Counted from the first letter of the stretch, positions 1 to 10,802 are shown. The stretch: 24,544 nt of DNA from Ginkgo biloba (GCA_024626585.2 JANKJI020000002.1:10798235-10822778); one strand, 5' to 3'. The notes: generated by a model not told the origin, from the sequence alone. Made by a program: numbers and translations.

Positions 1-399
1 TAACTTTTTGAAATTTATTTATAAAATATCATTTGTTTGTTTGAATCTCTATTAATCTTAAATATATGCTGAAACTCTAAATTATATATGCTAAAATGAC
101 AAGATTTTTAAAATACTTTATCTTTTTCAATTTTTGAAAAAATGTTTTTAATGAAACTTTAAGATTTTCAACTTGTTTTATTCCTTTTAAATTTTGTATG
201 AAAATCAAATACCAAAAGTCATTAGACCGCTAAATTTTGATGCCATTTGAAATAATTTCACTTATCATTTTTTATATTTTATGTCAAATTATTTAAATGT
301 TAAAATAGATTTTATACGAACTACTTGATGAACTATCTTGTAAAAGCATGTACATTAGTGTATTTTTACTTTATTTTCACTTAAGTCATTAGTTAGTTC

Positions 400-648
400 A
401 TCAACTTAGTTCTTTGCACTTTTTAAATTTTCATCTAAAAGGGTATATTCCATATTTGTAAAAGTGAGAAATCACTTTTGTTTCTTAATTTATAAATAGT
501 GAGTTTTTTTTAATGAAATGCAATTGAGTTGATTTTCTCTCATTAGGATTTTATACTTATTGAGCACTCTGTTTGTCTTTTTGTATTTCTCTCACCCAAT
601 CGATTCTATCATATTAAATCAGGTATTTATTGATATGATTCCACATCA
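400..648 (+). mobile_element. 3' part of an LTR (5' LTR of a tRNA-Met-primed retrotransposon); left boundary not determined
   Basis: Ends ...CCACATCA at 648, followed by a 2-nt spacer (AT) and a canonical PBS. TATAAATA at 491-498 precedes a T-rich R/U5-like tract. Confidence 0.6.
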
Positions 649-650
649 AT

Positions 651-661
651 TGGTATCAGAG
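651..661 (+). promoter_or_regulatory. Primer-binding site complementary to initiator tRNA-Met
   Basis: TGGTATCAGAG matches the first 11 nt of the plant consensus TGGTATCAGAGC and lies 2 nt after a CA. Confidence 0.8.
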
Positions 662-663
662 TA

Positions 664-946
664 AGATGGATTTTCAAAATCACTTCATTAAGTGGTTTTT
701 CTCTAAAATCCTTTTCAGTTTTACACCCATTTGGGTTTTCACAAGTGGCTACATCTTTTAGCTGTTTTCCATTTTGGAGATGGTTTTTCTCTTCACAAGT
801 GGTTTCAAGATTTTCTATTGCAGGCAATTTTTTGGTTTGATTAGCGATTTTTGTATTTCCATTAGTGGTTTCTCTTGGTGTGTGGTTTCTCCTTTTACAC
901 AAGGTGATTTTCAAGTGTGGGGTGGTTTTCATAGATGGTTTTCTCC
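664..946 (+). repeat. Retrotransposon 5' leader with ~10 dispersed copies of an RTGGTTTT(C/T)-like motif
   Basis: Motif variants near 666, 691, 731, 779, 798, 864, 881, 903, 921 and 934. Confidence 0.55.
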
Positions 947-1519
947 ATGAACAGAGTGCTTTTATGGCATGTTTCTTTGATAGTTATTTTTGTCGTGACC
1001 TTGTGCCTTTATCCTTGCCTCTCGTGGCCCTATACCATATGCCTAGGCCTCCAAGCCCACAAGCTTGTGCTCGGTTCTACAACCTGAAGGGAGTATTAGT
1101 ATCACTCGAAGACTTAGCTTTTGTCAGTGTGCGAGCATTTTGATATGTTCACCTTGGCAGGTGGACCATTGCACGTCTCTGGTTTCAATCTCCAACCATT
1201 TGTTATGAGATCGATCAAACCTAAGGCATTGATAAAGTTATAACTCTTCTGATCGCTCCAGCCACCTAGGAAGCCTTGTAGCAAACCTTGACCACATACA
1301 CAGTTCAGTTCAGTGCAGTCATCATGTCGAAGGCAAAAACACCACAAATTGAGTAGTCTTTAGAGACTCCTATCACTTTAGATGCCCTCTACTTATTGGG
1401 AGAAGAACTTAGAGATCNNNNNNNNNNNNNNNNNNNNNNNNNNNNNNNNNNNNNNNNNNNNNNNNNNNNNNNNNNNNNNNNNNNNNNNNNNNNNNNNNNN
1501 NNNNNNNNNNNNNNNNNAT

Positions 1520-2347
1520 TTTCTATGTTCCTCATTCCATCGTCTCAACCTTTATTCTCTGATATCTTTGTTGGACATCCCTTAATAGGATCATCACTCA
1601 CCCCAACATCCCTTAACCCAGAGTGTCAGAACTGTTCCCCTTTCTACGCTATTATCTCTTCCACGGGTCCATTTTCATGTACTTAATAATTAATTCTAGC
1701 ACTAAATTAAAAAATGGTACATGCATTGGTGTGTAGAATTCTTCATATGTTTTATCAATTGACCAATGATTTTGGAGCACAGTGTCCCAAGAATACTTTT
1801 CATAAACTTTTTTCCACTAGTCTTGTGTGGTCTATTTCGCTTTTTGAGGATCCAACAATTTCCCTTATTAGTCGATCACAACCCTATCTATGGGTACTCC
1901 CAATACTTCCTGACTGTGTCATTCTGGATTTGTTCCCTTGCTTTTTTATGGTCTCCTTATGCATGCATTGGCTATTTATGAGAGACTATCCATGCGTAGA
2001 TCTCAGTCAAAGTGTTGACAATAAATTACTTATGGGTGTCGGTGAAAACTTTATCTTCTACCACTTTTAGTGAAATGTTGTGTCATTGAGCATAACACCA
2101 AATGTAACTATCAATCTTCTTGAACCACCACTTTGATATCTCATTATATAGTAGACCTTCTTCTATCAACGTCAAGTTCTCTGAGTCTATCATCATTCTG
2201 GATGAAGACATCAATTTCCATTGTCAATATTTTTTTTGCTCTATCTCGTCGTCGATCCACTTTTCTATTAGATTTCATTCCTCCCACATGTCAATGCTCT
2301 TTTAAGATCCTCTTGTTCCCTTCCATCGATAACTCAGGTTTATTCAT
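1520..2347 (-). pseudogene. ORF-X copy 1: degenerate retroelement ORF of unknown function, directly downstream of the PBS; may continue across the gap to ~995
   Basis: Manual translation from ATG at 2347: MNKPELSMEGNKRILKSIDMWEE*NLIEKWIDDEIEQKKY*QWKLMSSSRMMIDSENLTLIEEGLLYNEISKWWFKKIDSYIWCYAQ*HNISLKVVEDKVFTDTHK*FIVNTLTEIYAWIVS. It aligns residue-for-residue with the 11079-11291 ORF. Confidence 0.7.
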
Positions 2348-2348
2348 A

Positions 2349-2361
2349 CACAACAAAGCCA
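2349..2361 (-). promoter_or_regulatory. Degenerate PBS, tRNA-Asp-like (family X copy 1)
   Basis: Minus strand reads ...AACA-TT-TGGCTTTGTTGTG versus the tRNA-Asp PBS TGGCGCCGTTGCC (8/13, mismatches mostly C>T). Confidence 0.55.
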
Positions 2362-2363
2362 AA

Positions 2364-2967
2364 TGTTAAACATGTTAATGCCTAACAGGTATACAGTGTT
2401 AAACCCTACTCAGATCATACGTAAGATGCATTCACATCACATTCATACACATAGAACACTATACACATTCTTGTCGAAAACCATCCAAGCCTTATATTAT
2501 AAGAGATATATAGAAACCCATGATACAAGCATGATACAAGACATAGATTACATATATCCATTACATGATAATATCATATATCTCATCCTATTCTACTTCT
2601 GTTATTTATACAAAGTGCAGAAGGTTAGATAATTATCACGACAATTACATTCTACAGATCAAGTCAAAGACTTGTGTCGAACTCTCTTGTCATTTTCGAT
2701 GAATAACTTAGGTTGATATCAGTGAGATCTACTCTGACATTCATCCGTGAAATGACTTGTCGGTGTAGACTCAAGGTAGCTCCCTCTTTCATTAATGAAC
2801 TGACCTATGTTGGTGCCACTAACGAGTTCTTATCCATGTCAGTGTCGGTGTTGGTAAATATTCCATGTCGGTGTCAGCCAATATACCTCCGACATTCGTT
2901 AGTGAACCAACTCCTGTCGGTGTTACTCTAGATCATTTTCGACATTCAATGATTTCTTCATCCAGCA
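2364..2967 (-). mobile_element. Complete 5' LTR of family X, copy 1 (~604 bp)
   Basis: TG...CA termini (plus strand TGTTAAA...TTCATCCAGCA). TATAAATA on the minus strand at 2603-2610, repeated TGTCGGTGT motifs, adjacent PBS. Colinear similarity to 11437-11925 (e.g. GAAAACCAT..TTATATTAT..AGAG, TACAAGAC.TAGATTACAT). Confidence 0.7.
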
Positions 2968-3905
2968 AGCTAAATGCATTGAGCACTGTTATCAACCCCT
3001 AATCCCCCCATACCAATGAACTAACTAATATATTCATCCTATTGGCGACAAGGTGAGCTTAGAGTGTAATCATTCTTCTCCTAACAACTTAACATATCAA
3101 TCAACAAACAGTATTTTGTTCCCCAAGGATAATTTATAATCATTTTTTATCCCGTATGCTATCTTTGCCCATGCTTATTTATAGTGGACATGGGGTGAGG
3201 TAGGTATCAAACGTATTAATGGAACCAAGTTAATTTCATACTTTGTGGTAACCATAGAATTTTTCCATGGAACTTCCCTCGTGTCTCTGATTCTCTAGCG
3301 AGTAGGAAGTGCTTGACCAAGGAAGGAAGTACAGGGTGGCAACTGATTGGTTGACTATCTTTTCATGCATTTCCCCAGTCCCTAATGAGCTAGGGAAATC
3401 CAACCAAGGAAGGGAAGGAATATTCCCTGGATTTTCTAATTCCCTATCCAACAAGAAGAACTCAACCAAGGAAGGGAATATGCGGCTATAANNNNNNNNN
3501 NNNNNNNNTCCTTGGTACTTAGTAAGTTGGAGAAATCCATCTACAGAAGGAAAGGAGTATTTCTTAGATTCCCTAATTCCCTAGCTACCGAGAAGTGCTC
3601 GATTAGGGAAGGGAATACATGCATTGTAGTCAATTTGTTGAAAGTGTTGTCATGTACTTCCTTGTTCCCTGTTGAGCCAGGGCGACCCAACTAAGGAAGG
3701 GGAGGCATATTCCCTAGATTACTTGATTCCTTGGTTAGTAGGAAGTGTTTGACCAAGAATGGAATATGTGGTGGAAATTGATTGGATGAATGTCTTGTCA
3801 TGTGCTTCCCTATTCCTTAGTGAGCCAAGGTAACCCAACTAGGGAAGGGAAGGCATATTCCTTAAATTCCTTGGCCAATGGGAAGCATTCAACTAGGGAA
3901 GGGTG
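2968..3905 (-). mobile_element. LTR of family Y, minus-strand copy (U3 start lost in or near the gap)
   Basis: The reverse complement aligns with 17415-17844 (ATGAAATTAA, TACCTACCTC, ATGGGCAAAGAT, TGTTAG, TAACA..TCAAT). TATAAATA on the minus strand at 3176-3183. Confidence 0.65.
3290..3905. repeat. Diverged tandem repeat inside the family Y LTR, ~148-bp unit, just over 4 units
   Basis: Anchor GAAGTGCTYRACYARGGAAGG recurs near 3305, 3454, 3591, 3740 and 3880. Each unit also has a second CCAAC(C/T)ARGGAAGGGAAGG.ATATTCC block. One unit recurs inverted at 17430-17550. Confidence 0.85.
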
Positions 3906-4136
3906 ATGTGTCGTAAGACACAGGGAACTAACACTTTGTCTTATGAAGGTTTATCCTTTAGAANNNNNNNNNNNNNNNNNNNNNNNNNNNNNNNNNNNNN
4001 NNNNNNNNNNNNNNNNNNNNNNNNNNNNNNNNNNNNNNNNNNNNNNNNNNNNNNNNNNNNNNNATAGTGAATATGTGAGTACTGGGACCTTGGAATGAAC
4101 ATCCAAGGCATCAACCTTATAACGTAGGATGTAGAA

Positions 4137-4258
4137 GCAAAGGTGTGATAGGTCATTGATTGGCCTAAGGTACCATAGGATGTAGTATTTAATCTTGGAA
4201 TCTTGCACCCCTCGCAAAGGTGTGATAGGTCATTGATTGGCCTAAGGTACCATAGGAT
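4137..4258. repeat. Exact 45-bp direct duplication (4137-4181 and 4214-4258)
   Basis: GCAAAGGTGTGATAGGTCATTGATTGGCCTAAGGTACCATAGGAT occurs twice, 77 nt apart. Confidence 0.9.
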
Positions 4259-4259
4259 A

Positions 4260-5780
4260 TGTTGGCCAAGGTGGGGCTAGTCTTAGGAACTGACCCTCTT
4301 GGTGCACATACACTTGACATATATTACAATACCCGTTCCTAGTGGTGCATTGATCTAGTGTATGTTCTTCCTGATAATTTGGACAGTGAGGAAGATACTA
4401 GTAATTGTTATGAGAATAATTGTTCACTTGGCAATGGGTGCAAAAAGGCACAGGTTCATTAGGAGCATAATACCCTACCCTCCATCCATTGACATGACCA
4501 CCTCTTCATTTGCAACCTCCTCGGCCCCTAGGGGCATACTATATGAGTGCTAGCACTTCTTAATTGGACTATTGATTATTATCTTATTGTGGTGGCACTA
4601 CTAATACGTTCAGGGGTTGTTGATGAGCCTGTTGCACCTATTGTTATCAATTCATCTATCTAGATTAATTATATTGTAGAAGATTGAACATGCAATATGT
4701 TCTCTCTCGTTGAACTACTATCATACTCTTGATGGAATGGGCCAAATGGTCTATTTTCGAGAGGGACAATTGGTCTAAAGTGGCAACTAGTTCAGCTGGC
4801 CTAAAAGGAGAAGGTATAGCTGCCAACACTACTATAGGTTAAGGTTGAAGCTATGGTAGAGGCAGATTAGGATGTATTGTAGATATAGATTGTGTTACAT
4901 ATACTAGGTATGGATCTAGCACTACATCATAGGGGATGAATGGTTGAAGTCCCTATGACTGCCTGTCGACTCAAAAATTACAATCTTGAACTCTACGATC
5001 AGTTCGAGAAACAACATTCAGGTCATCTTTAAATTTTTTCACATCTTAAATAGTTTCTTCTAGTGTCATAGGCTTATTTTTCTATAAATCCCACCAAGTT
5101 GCAACATGAAGCTCATTCTCAAAATAAGCCACTAGGGTCTGCTCATTCACCTGTGATCCTACCTTTTGCTAATAAGCATCAAATTAGTTCATGTATGCCT
5201 CATAAGATTCTTCCACCCCTTGGTGAACCTCCAACAACTCATTCATATCTTTCCAATTTCTATTTCCTTGTAAAATTGGGAAATTAGGAGTGTTGTAATC
5301 TCGTCCCATGATCGCACAGACTCAAGTGTCATATCAATCTCTGGCATCATGGGTGAAGGTAGTCATAAATAAAACTAGCTAGTGGTCATAACCAATGATG
5401 CCATTAGTGATGCAGGTGGATACAAAATGTTGCACATTGTAAGTAGGATCATCCAATCCATTATACTTAGGCAAGGAGATTGATATATGTAAAACTAGAT
5501 GTATGCCTGGAGGCACTATGATGGGGATAAGAATTAGAGTGTAGAGGACAAGCCATAAATAATGGTGCAAGAGGCAATTATGGAGAAGAATACTGTAGAA
5601 TGAATCATAGATGTTGAGGATGCCTGACCTAAAGGTTCTTGTTGCAAGGCACTAAATAGAGGATTAGGCCAAATGCTCAATGATGTTGGAGAACCACAGG
5701 AAATAAAAATAGATGAGGGAATTAGAGGCAATTGAATTTCCAATGCTACCTAATAAGATAACTAAGTAAGATCCAAGGAT
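4260..5780 (-). pseudogene. gag: Degenerate Ty3/gypsy gag (Retrotrans_gag capsid core, Pro/Gln- and RGG-rich linker, three CCHC knuckles)
   Basis: LPKYNGLDDPTYNVQHFVSTC (~5415-5480) and the major-homology-like motif QGVEESYEAYMN*F (5190-5223). These are followed by MTLEETI, APRGRGG, and CTHC..., CPNY..EHTLDQC, CNICQVYVH at 4287-4442. Confidence 0.85.
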
Positions 5781-7313
5781 TCCTNNNNNNNNNNNNNNNN
5801 NNNNNNNNNNNNNNNNNNNNNNNNNNNNNNNNNNNNNNNNNNNNNNNNNNNNNNNNNNNNNNNNNNNNNNNNNNNNNNNNNNNNNNNNNNNNNNNNNNNN
5901 NNNNNNNNNNNNNNNNNNNNNNNNNNNNNNNNNNNNNNNNNNNNNNNNNNNNNNNNNNNNNNNNNNNNNNNNNNNNNNNNNNNNNNNNNNNNNNNNNNNN
6001 NNNNNNNNNNNNNNNNNNNNNNNNNNNNNNNNNNNNNNNNNNNNNNNNNNNNNNNNNNNNNNNNNNNNNNNNNNNNNNNNNNNNNNNNNNNNNNNNNNNN
6101 NNNNNNNNNNNNNNNNNNNNNNNNNNNNNNNNNNNNNNNNNNNNNNNNNNNNNNNNNNNNNNNNNNNNNNNNNNNNNNNNNNNNNNNNNNNNNNNNNNNN
6201 NNNNNNNNNNNNNNNNNNNNNNNNNNNNNNNNNNNNNNNNNNNNNNNNNNNNNNNNNNNNNNNNNNNNNNNNNNNNNNNNNNNNNNNNNNNNNNNNNNNN
6301 NNNNNNNNNNNNNNNNNNNNNNNNNNNNNNNNNNNNNNNNNNNNNNNNNNNNNNNNNNNNNNNNNNNNNNNNNNNNNNNNNNNNNNNTATCCATTCAAAA
6401 TCAAATGAACTAGTATTCCCCTACAAGCCCCACCTACAAACAAAGTCCAAGAAACCAAATCAAGGTGATCAATAGGATATTTCAAGAGAGACTACTAAGG
6501 TTTTTGAAACATTTGTAAAGAGAGATTAGATCCATAAAGTAAGATTTAGAAATGATTAAGTTCGCTCTCTCGACAAACGCACCAGATATTGATGAGAAAA
6601 TCAACTAAGGATTACCCATTGACGACAACTAGATCTTAGGGGAATTTGACAAAATTGAATCAGATGAACCACCCAGAGCACCACCCTAGGATTTAATAAG
6701 AGAAAGATGGTTATCCTCCTCATCAGTAAGTAGTAAGTTGATATTTCTATGGCAAGGTCGATTCTCTCATTAATGCAATAATAGACCCCTAGGGATATAA
6801 AGAACTCTTAATCCTTGATTGTTATAAGGACAACATCAATGAATCTTTTAGAAGAAAAGAAACCAACTCTAGAAGAGCCAAGAAAAATCATCAATCGAGC
6901 CAACACTCACACATATATCATTATCGACACACCATTCTCAAGAGACAACACCTAAAGAGAAAAATCTAGTTGTTATTATTAATAGAATAGGGGCATGAAC
7001 CAATTATGCAACAAGAANNNNNNNNNNNNNNNNNNNNNNNNNNNNNNNNNNNNNNNNNNNNNNNNNNNNNNNNNNNNNNNNNNNNNNNNNNNNNNNNNNN
7101 NNNNNNNNNNNNNNNNNNNNNNNNNNNNNNNNNNNNNNNNNNNCATTTAGCCATGATTAACTTCTTCTTAGGGGATGAGACTTAGCTCTAGGCTCTTCCC
7201 AAAAACATCTACTACATACAATTTACAACCTTATGAAAGCCTCATCTAAATACAATAAAATTAATGAATACACACTTCTCTTCGCTCTCACCTTCTTTTT
7301 TTGTTCTTTTGTT

Positions 7314-9440
7314 TCACTTGCTAACTCTCAGGCCCCATGAGAACTGGTCTAAACATAAGAAATTCCAATGATTGGCTAGAGGCAATAGCACCTGATGTAT
7401 TGGGTGACGCTTTTGGGATTTGTAAAATAGTAAAACTAAAGATATCCTGCTTAGAATTAAACTCTTTGTTATGGACTATTGGGGCATATAGGTTCTACAC
7501 TAGCCTGACACTTTGAATTGCAAGTCCTTCCTTTTAAGGAATAGCCTAAACTAGTGAAGTTGGTGGCAATGGAAAAATTACTACCAGATGAACCGATGAC
7601 CCAAGTTGAGAAACCTGTAGATGAGGTGACATTAGGCCTAAGGAAGAAATAATAAATAAAATTGTACTAGCAACCAACATTCTCACTAGATGACTTTGTG
7701 GGAGAGTAGTAGAAGGCTCTGCACCATAATCCAGAGCTTGTTAGAGTGATATCTCAACCAAGTTTATCTATGAGTGAATCTCTACCACTCCTCATTTAGA
7801 ATGCTGAAGAAGTGCTAGGGAATCTAGGGCTTTAGTCTCTAGTATTTCCCTTGACCCCTCGAACACCTATGATTGTTGTAGAGCCTGACCTAATTCCTTA
7901 ATTAGTAATTATTCCTTCTACATACTTTGGGCGACATTGATGTTCTATTATGAAAGTACCCCTACATTCTTTGACAAGTTTATGGGCAAGGAAAAATCCT
8001 CAACTGACTTCTACTCGGCCACCTACTCTAGGGCCATCCGTTGGGATTGATCAATGGAAGTAGCCACCTAAGTTGTGAGGAACTTATATCCTACCTTATG
8101 TGAGCCTACATCAGGAGCTCTCCCAATCATAGCGATTATAATAATAGTGACTTCATCCATTCTAGCTTGAATGACAAGCTCTTGTAACACTATAATTTCT
8201 TGCTCCCATTTAACCTTATCCCAGGCTTCCATTATGTGACTCCTTGTCTTCTATATTAAATAAGTTGGCATTGCCTTGAGCATATCTCTCTCTTGTTGAA
8301 GGAATTGAAGCTAGGCCTTATATATGCCAATTCTCCCCCTCAAGCACTACACTTTTTCCTTATATTGATCTAACTATGTGGCAACCTATGGATATAAAGT
8401 AGTTGATGTAGATGCTAGGGTATAAGTTAGTGACTTTAATACGTATCGGTAAGCTCTCAACTTTTTTAGACCTTCAAATACGGATAACAACATCCTCACA
8501 ATCGAAAGTGAAGGTATGGCATGTATATATGACTTAAACAATTCAATTAATTTATTTAAGTTGACCATCTCCTTTTATGAACATTTTCTTACACTGCCAG
8601 CTCATCTCTGTGACTCATTGTGTGAGCTTCGTGGCCAAACCCATAATGATCTAACTAGATATATGAGTCGTTACTGACCCCTATGTAATCTTGAAAATGG
8701 AATAGAACCATCCCTTTCTCTTCTCCTTAATATTTTATAGTGTTAGAGGTTGTGAGGAAGTAACTTGGGTGAGGTCAACGTTGGCTTGGCACACATTGGC
8801 TTCAATGCTTGCAAGCCATTAATCCCATAGAATATGGATGGCCAACAAGGATTGACAACCCAAAGGCTTNNNNNNNNNNGGAGAGTTGTTGTCATCAATG
8901 TTAGACTAGAATTTTCCATAGGATAGGAGCTAATGGTAGTTAATGTCATATGCACACCTTGTGAAGTTCCTAACAATGAAATTTGAGTAACTGGGACGGT
9001 GGAAGAAGTTTGACGTTCCTAAGAAGTAGTCTCAAAGGAACTTAGTTTCCCTTGTGTTTTCTTTGACTATCACTTACGATCCTCAATGACCACTACATAC
9101 TCCTTTAGGATTGCTTACTTCCTTTTGGGAAGCACTAAGGAGCCATGCTTTGCCACTATATATGTCATGGTAGGTCATTCAAATTTCTTCTCTACCTTTG
9201 GGTTTTCTTTAGCAGTCAAGATTTTGAGTGCCATGAATTTTATGGGATGTAGGGGATACATTGGAATTATAGCATTTATATATCAAGACTATGAGGATGC
9301 TAAGTGTTGATTCCATAGTCATTGTTGTTGAGGGGAGAGGAGAGGCTTATTGACATTGACCTCTCAAATGGTGACATGGTTTCATAATCCCATCGATTAA
9401 CCTGAAGAACCATCTTCTTCATACCATAGATCTTATATTT
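7314..9440 (-). pseudogene. Family Y extra ORF, copy A (central and C-terminal two-thirds)
   Basis: Manual translation gives KIYGMKK..NVNKPLLS, LDQYKEKV..YKA*LQFLQQERDMLKAMP, KVKWEQEIIVLQELVIQARMDE, LIKELGQALQQ..ALDSLALLQ..ALDYGAEPST, NLYAPIVHNKEF and SWGLRVSK*. All are colinear with 18980-21231 (+). Confidence 0.75.
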
Positions 9441-9544
9441 TATNNNNNNNNNNNNNNNNNNNNNNNNNNNNNNNNNNNNNNNNNNNNNNNNNNNNNNNNN
9501 NNNNNNNNNNNNNNNNNNNNNNNNNNNNNNNNNNNNNNNNNNNA

Positions 9545-10720
9545 GTCTCCAACTCCACTAGCAGGTCTCTATCTTGAATTTGGAGTTACATTTGTCTATC
9601 ATGTTGCCGCTAAATTATAGTTCGAAGGACATCGAAAAATCGATTATCATCCTTCTTTTCAGAGATGTCAAGTTGGTTAGCCACCATGGTTTTTGCAAAT
9701 TGAAGGAGATTATTGATCAGTTACTCCTCTCCTTGGTCCTTATCTAGATCTACCATCATTTGAGGTTGTTCTTCCTCTGTGTGTGGTTGAGGGCTTGTCT
9801 TTAATCCTTCATCATCTTGCTTCTCAGTCGTTTGTTGTTGCATATTCTTTCTCTTTCGTTGGCTCTTCATCTCTTATTTTTCCTCCTCCTCGTTAGGGGA
9901 AGATGACTATAATTGTTCCACTTTCTTCAACTTCTTATTCCTCGATGTCTTGGTAGATGGAGTCACTGTGTGCAAAAGTATGTACTCTGGGAGTAGAGTT
10001 TTTAGTACCTCCAACAAACCTTGGCCTATCTGCCAAGCATGTTCCTCCTTTAACATGTCCCAAGTGACAATGTAAGGCATGTTCTGACATCCCTTCCTGA
10101 ACCCTTAGCACCTGATCTTAGTATTGTTGAGTTCCAATAACAATTCAATGGATGGTTTATTGCTTTTGGCAATATTGTAAGTTAAACCCTTGTGGGACTC
10201 TCATTGTTGTGTAGGATCTCTTGTATAACCCATCTTGCCAGTTAGTCATTAGTTTGAGGTACTAATCCTTGACTTCTTATGGTTGACACCGATCATACTT
10301 CCAAAAAGACTTGGCCCTAGGTGTTTTATTCATAGTGCCTTGAGGTGGATATTGCATCATAACTAATGAAATTAACAACTTAGTCATGTAAAAATCCATA
10401 CCTTTTTGGAAGGAATTCTTTATGGCTTCTTGCAATTGTTCTTCCATAAAATTGACCCATGGGAATCAGACACCCTGAACAACGACAATCTTGATCATCC
10501 CTAACCAACTTTTGGGGATGTAGGTTGTCCTTCTGGAGTTACAAAACTAGGTGCTAAATAGTTTGGCGGCCCACTTATTGGACGAGTTGGTTATTCTATG
10601 GATAACTATGCCTCTCGAGCTTACTATTAATTTGTCGCCATCCCCAAGCTCGGTTCGAATCTTGTCATCCCAACTCTTTTTAGTCGCTCCCATGTCACTC
10701 TTAATGTCTCTTTGAGGGTT
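9545..10720 (-). pseudogene. Second degenerate PMD-like/plant-transposon extra ORF with an acidic, low-complexity tail
   Basis: RGIVIHRITNSSNKWAAKLFST*FCNSRRTTYIPKSWLGMIKIVVVQGV*FPWVNFMEEQLQEAIKNSFQKGMDFYMTKLLISLV (~10360-10615) aligns at protein level with 18412-18670. It is followed by an E/K/Q-rich tract (9720-9950). Confidence 0.6.
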
Positions 10721-10784
10721 TAAGGGAAATAGAGTTAGGGTTTCAATTTATTCCATCTCCAAAGGTATTGGCATATCAATCTAA

Positions 10785-10802
10785 TTTTTTTTTTTTTTTT
10801 TT
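10785..10802. repeat. T18 homopolymer (A18 on the minus strand)
   Basis: Direct read. Confidence 0.95.

Noticed and set aside
627-1143. ORFs 627-932 (-) and 865-1143 (+)
   Set aside because: They overlap the PBS and low-complexity leader, have biased composition and show no recognisable motif.
3290-3905. CRISPR-like appearance of recurring GGAAGGG blocks with intervening sequence
   Set aside because: The intervening sequences are themselves homologous, the repeats are degenerate, there are no cas genes, and the context is a plant LTR.
6388-7017. A-rich contig between extra-ORF copy A and gag as a coding region
   Set aside because: No sustained reading frame or motif was found, and it is bounded by gaps. 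At most an inter-ORF spacer.
10785-10802. Poly(A) tail of a SINE, LINE or retrocopy
   Set aside because: The upstream body is lost in the adjacent gap, and no TSD or Pol III boxes are visible.
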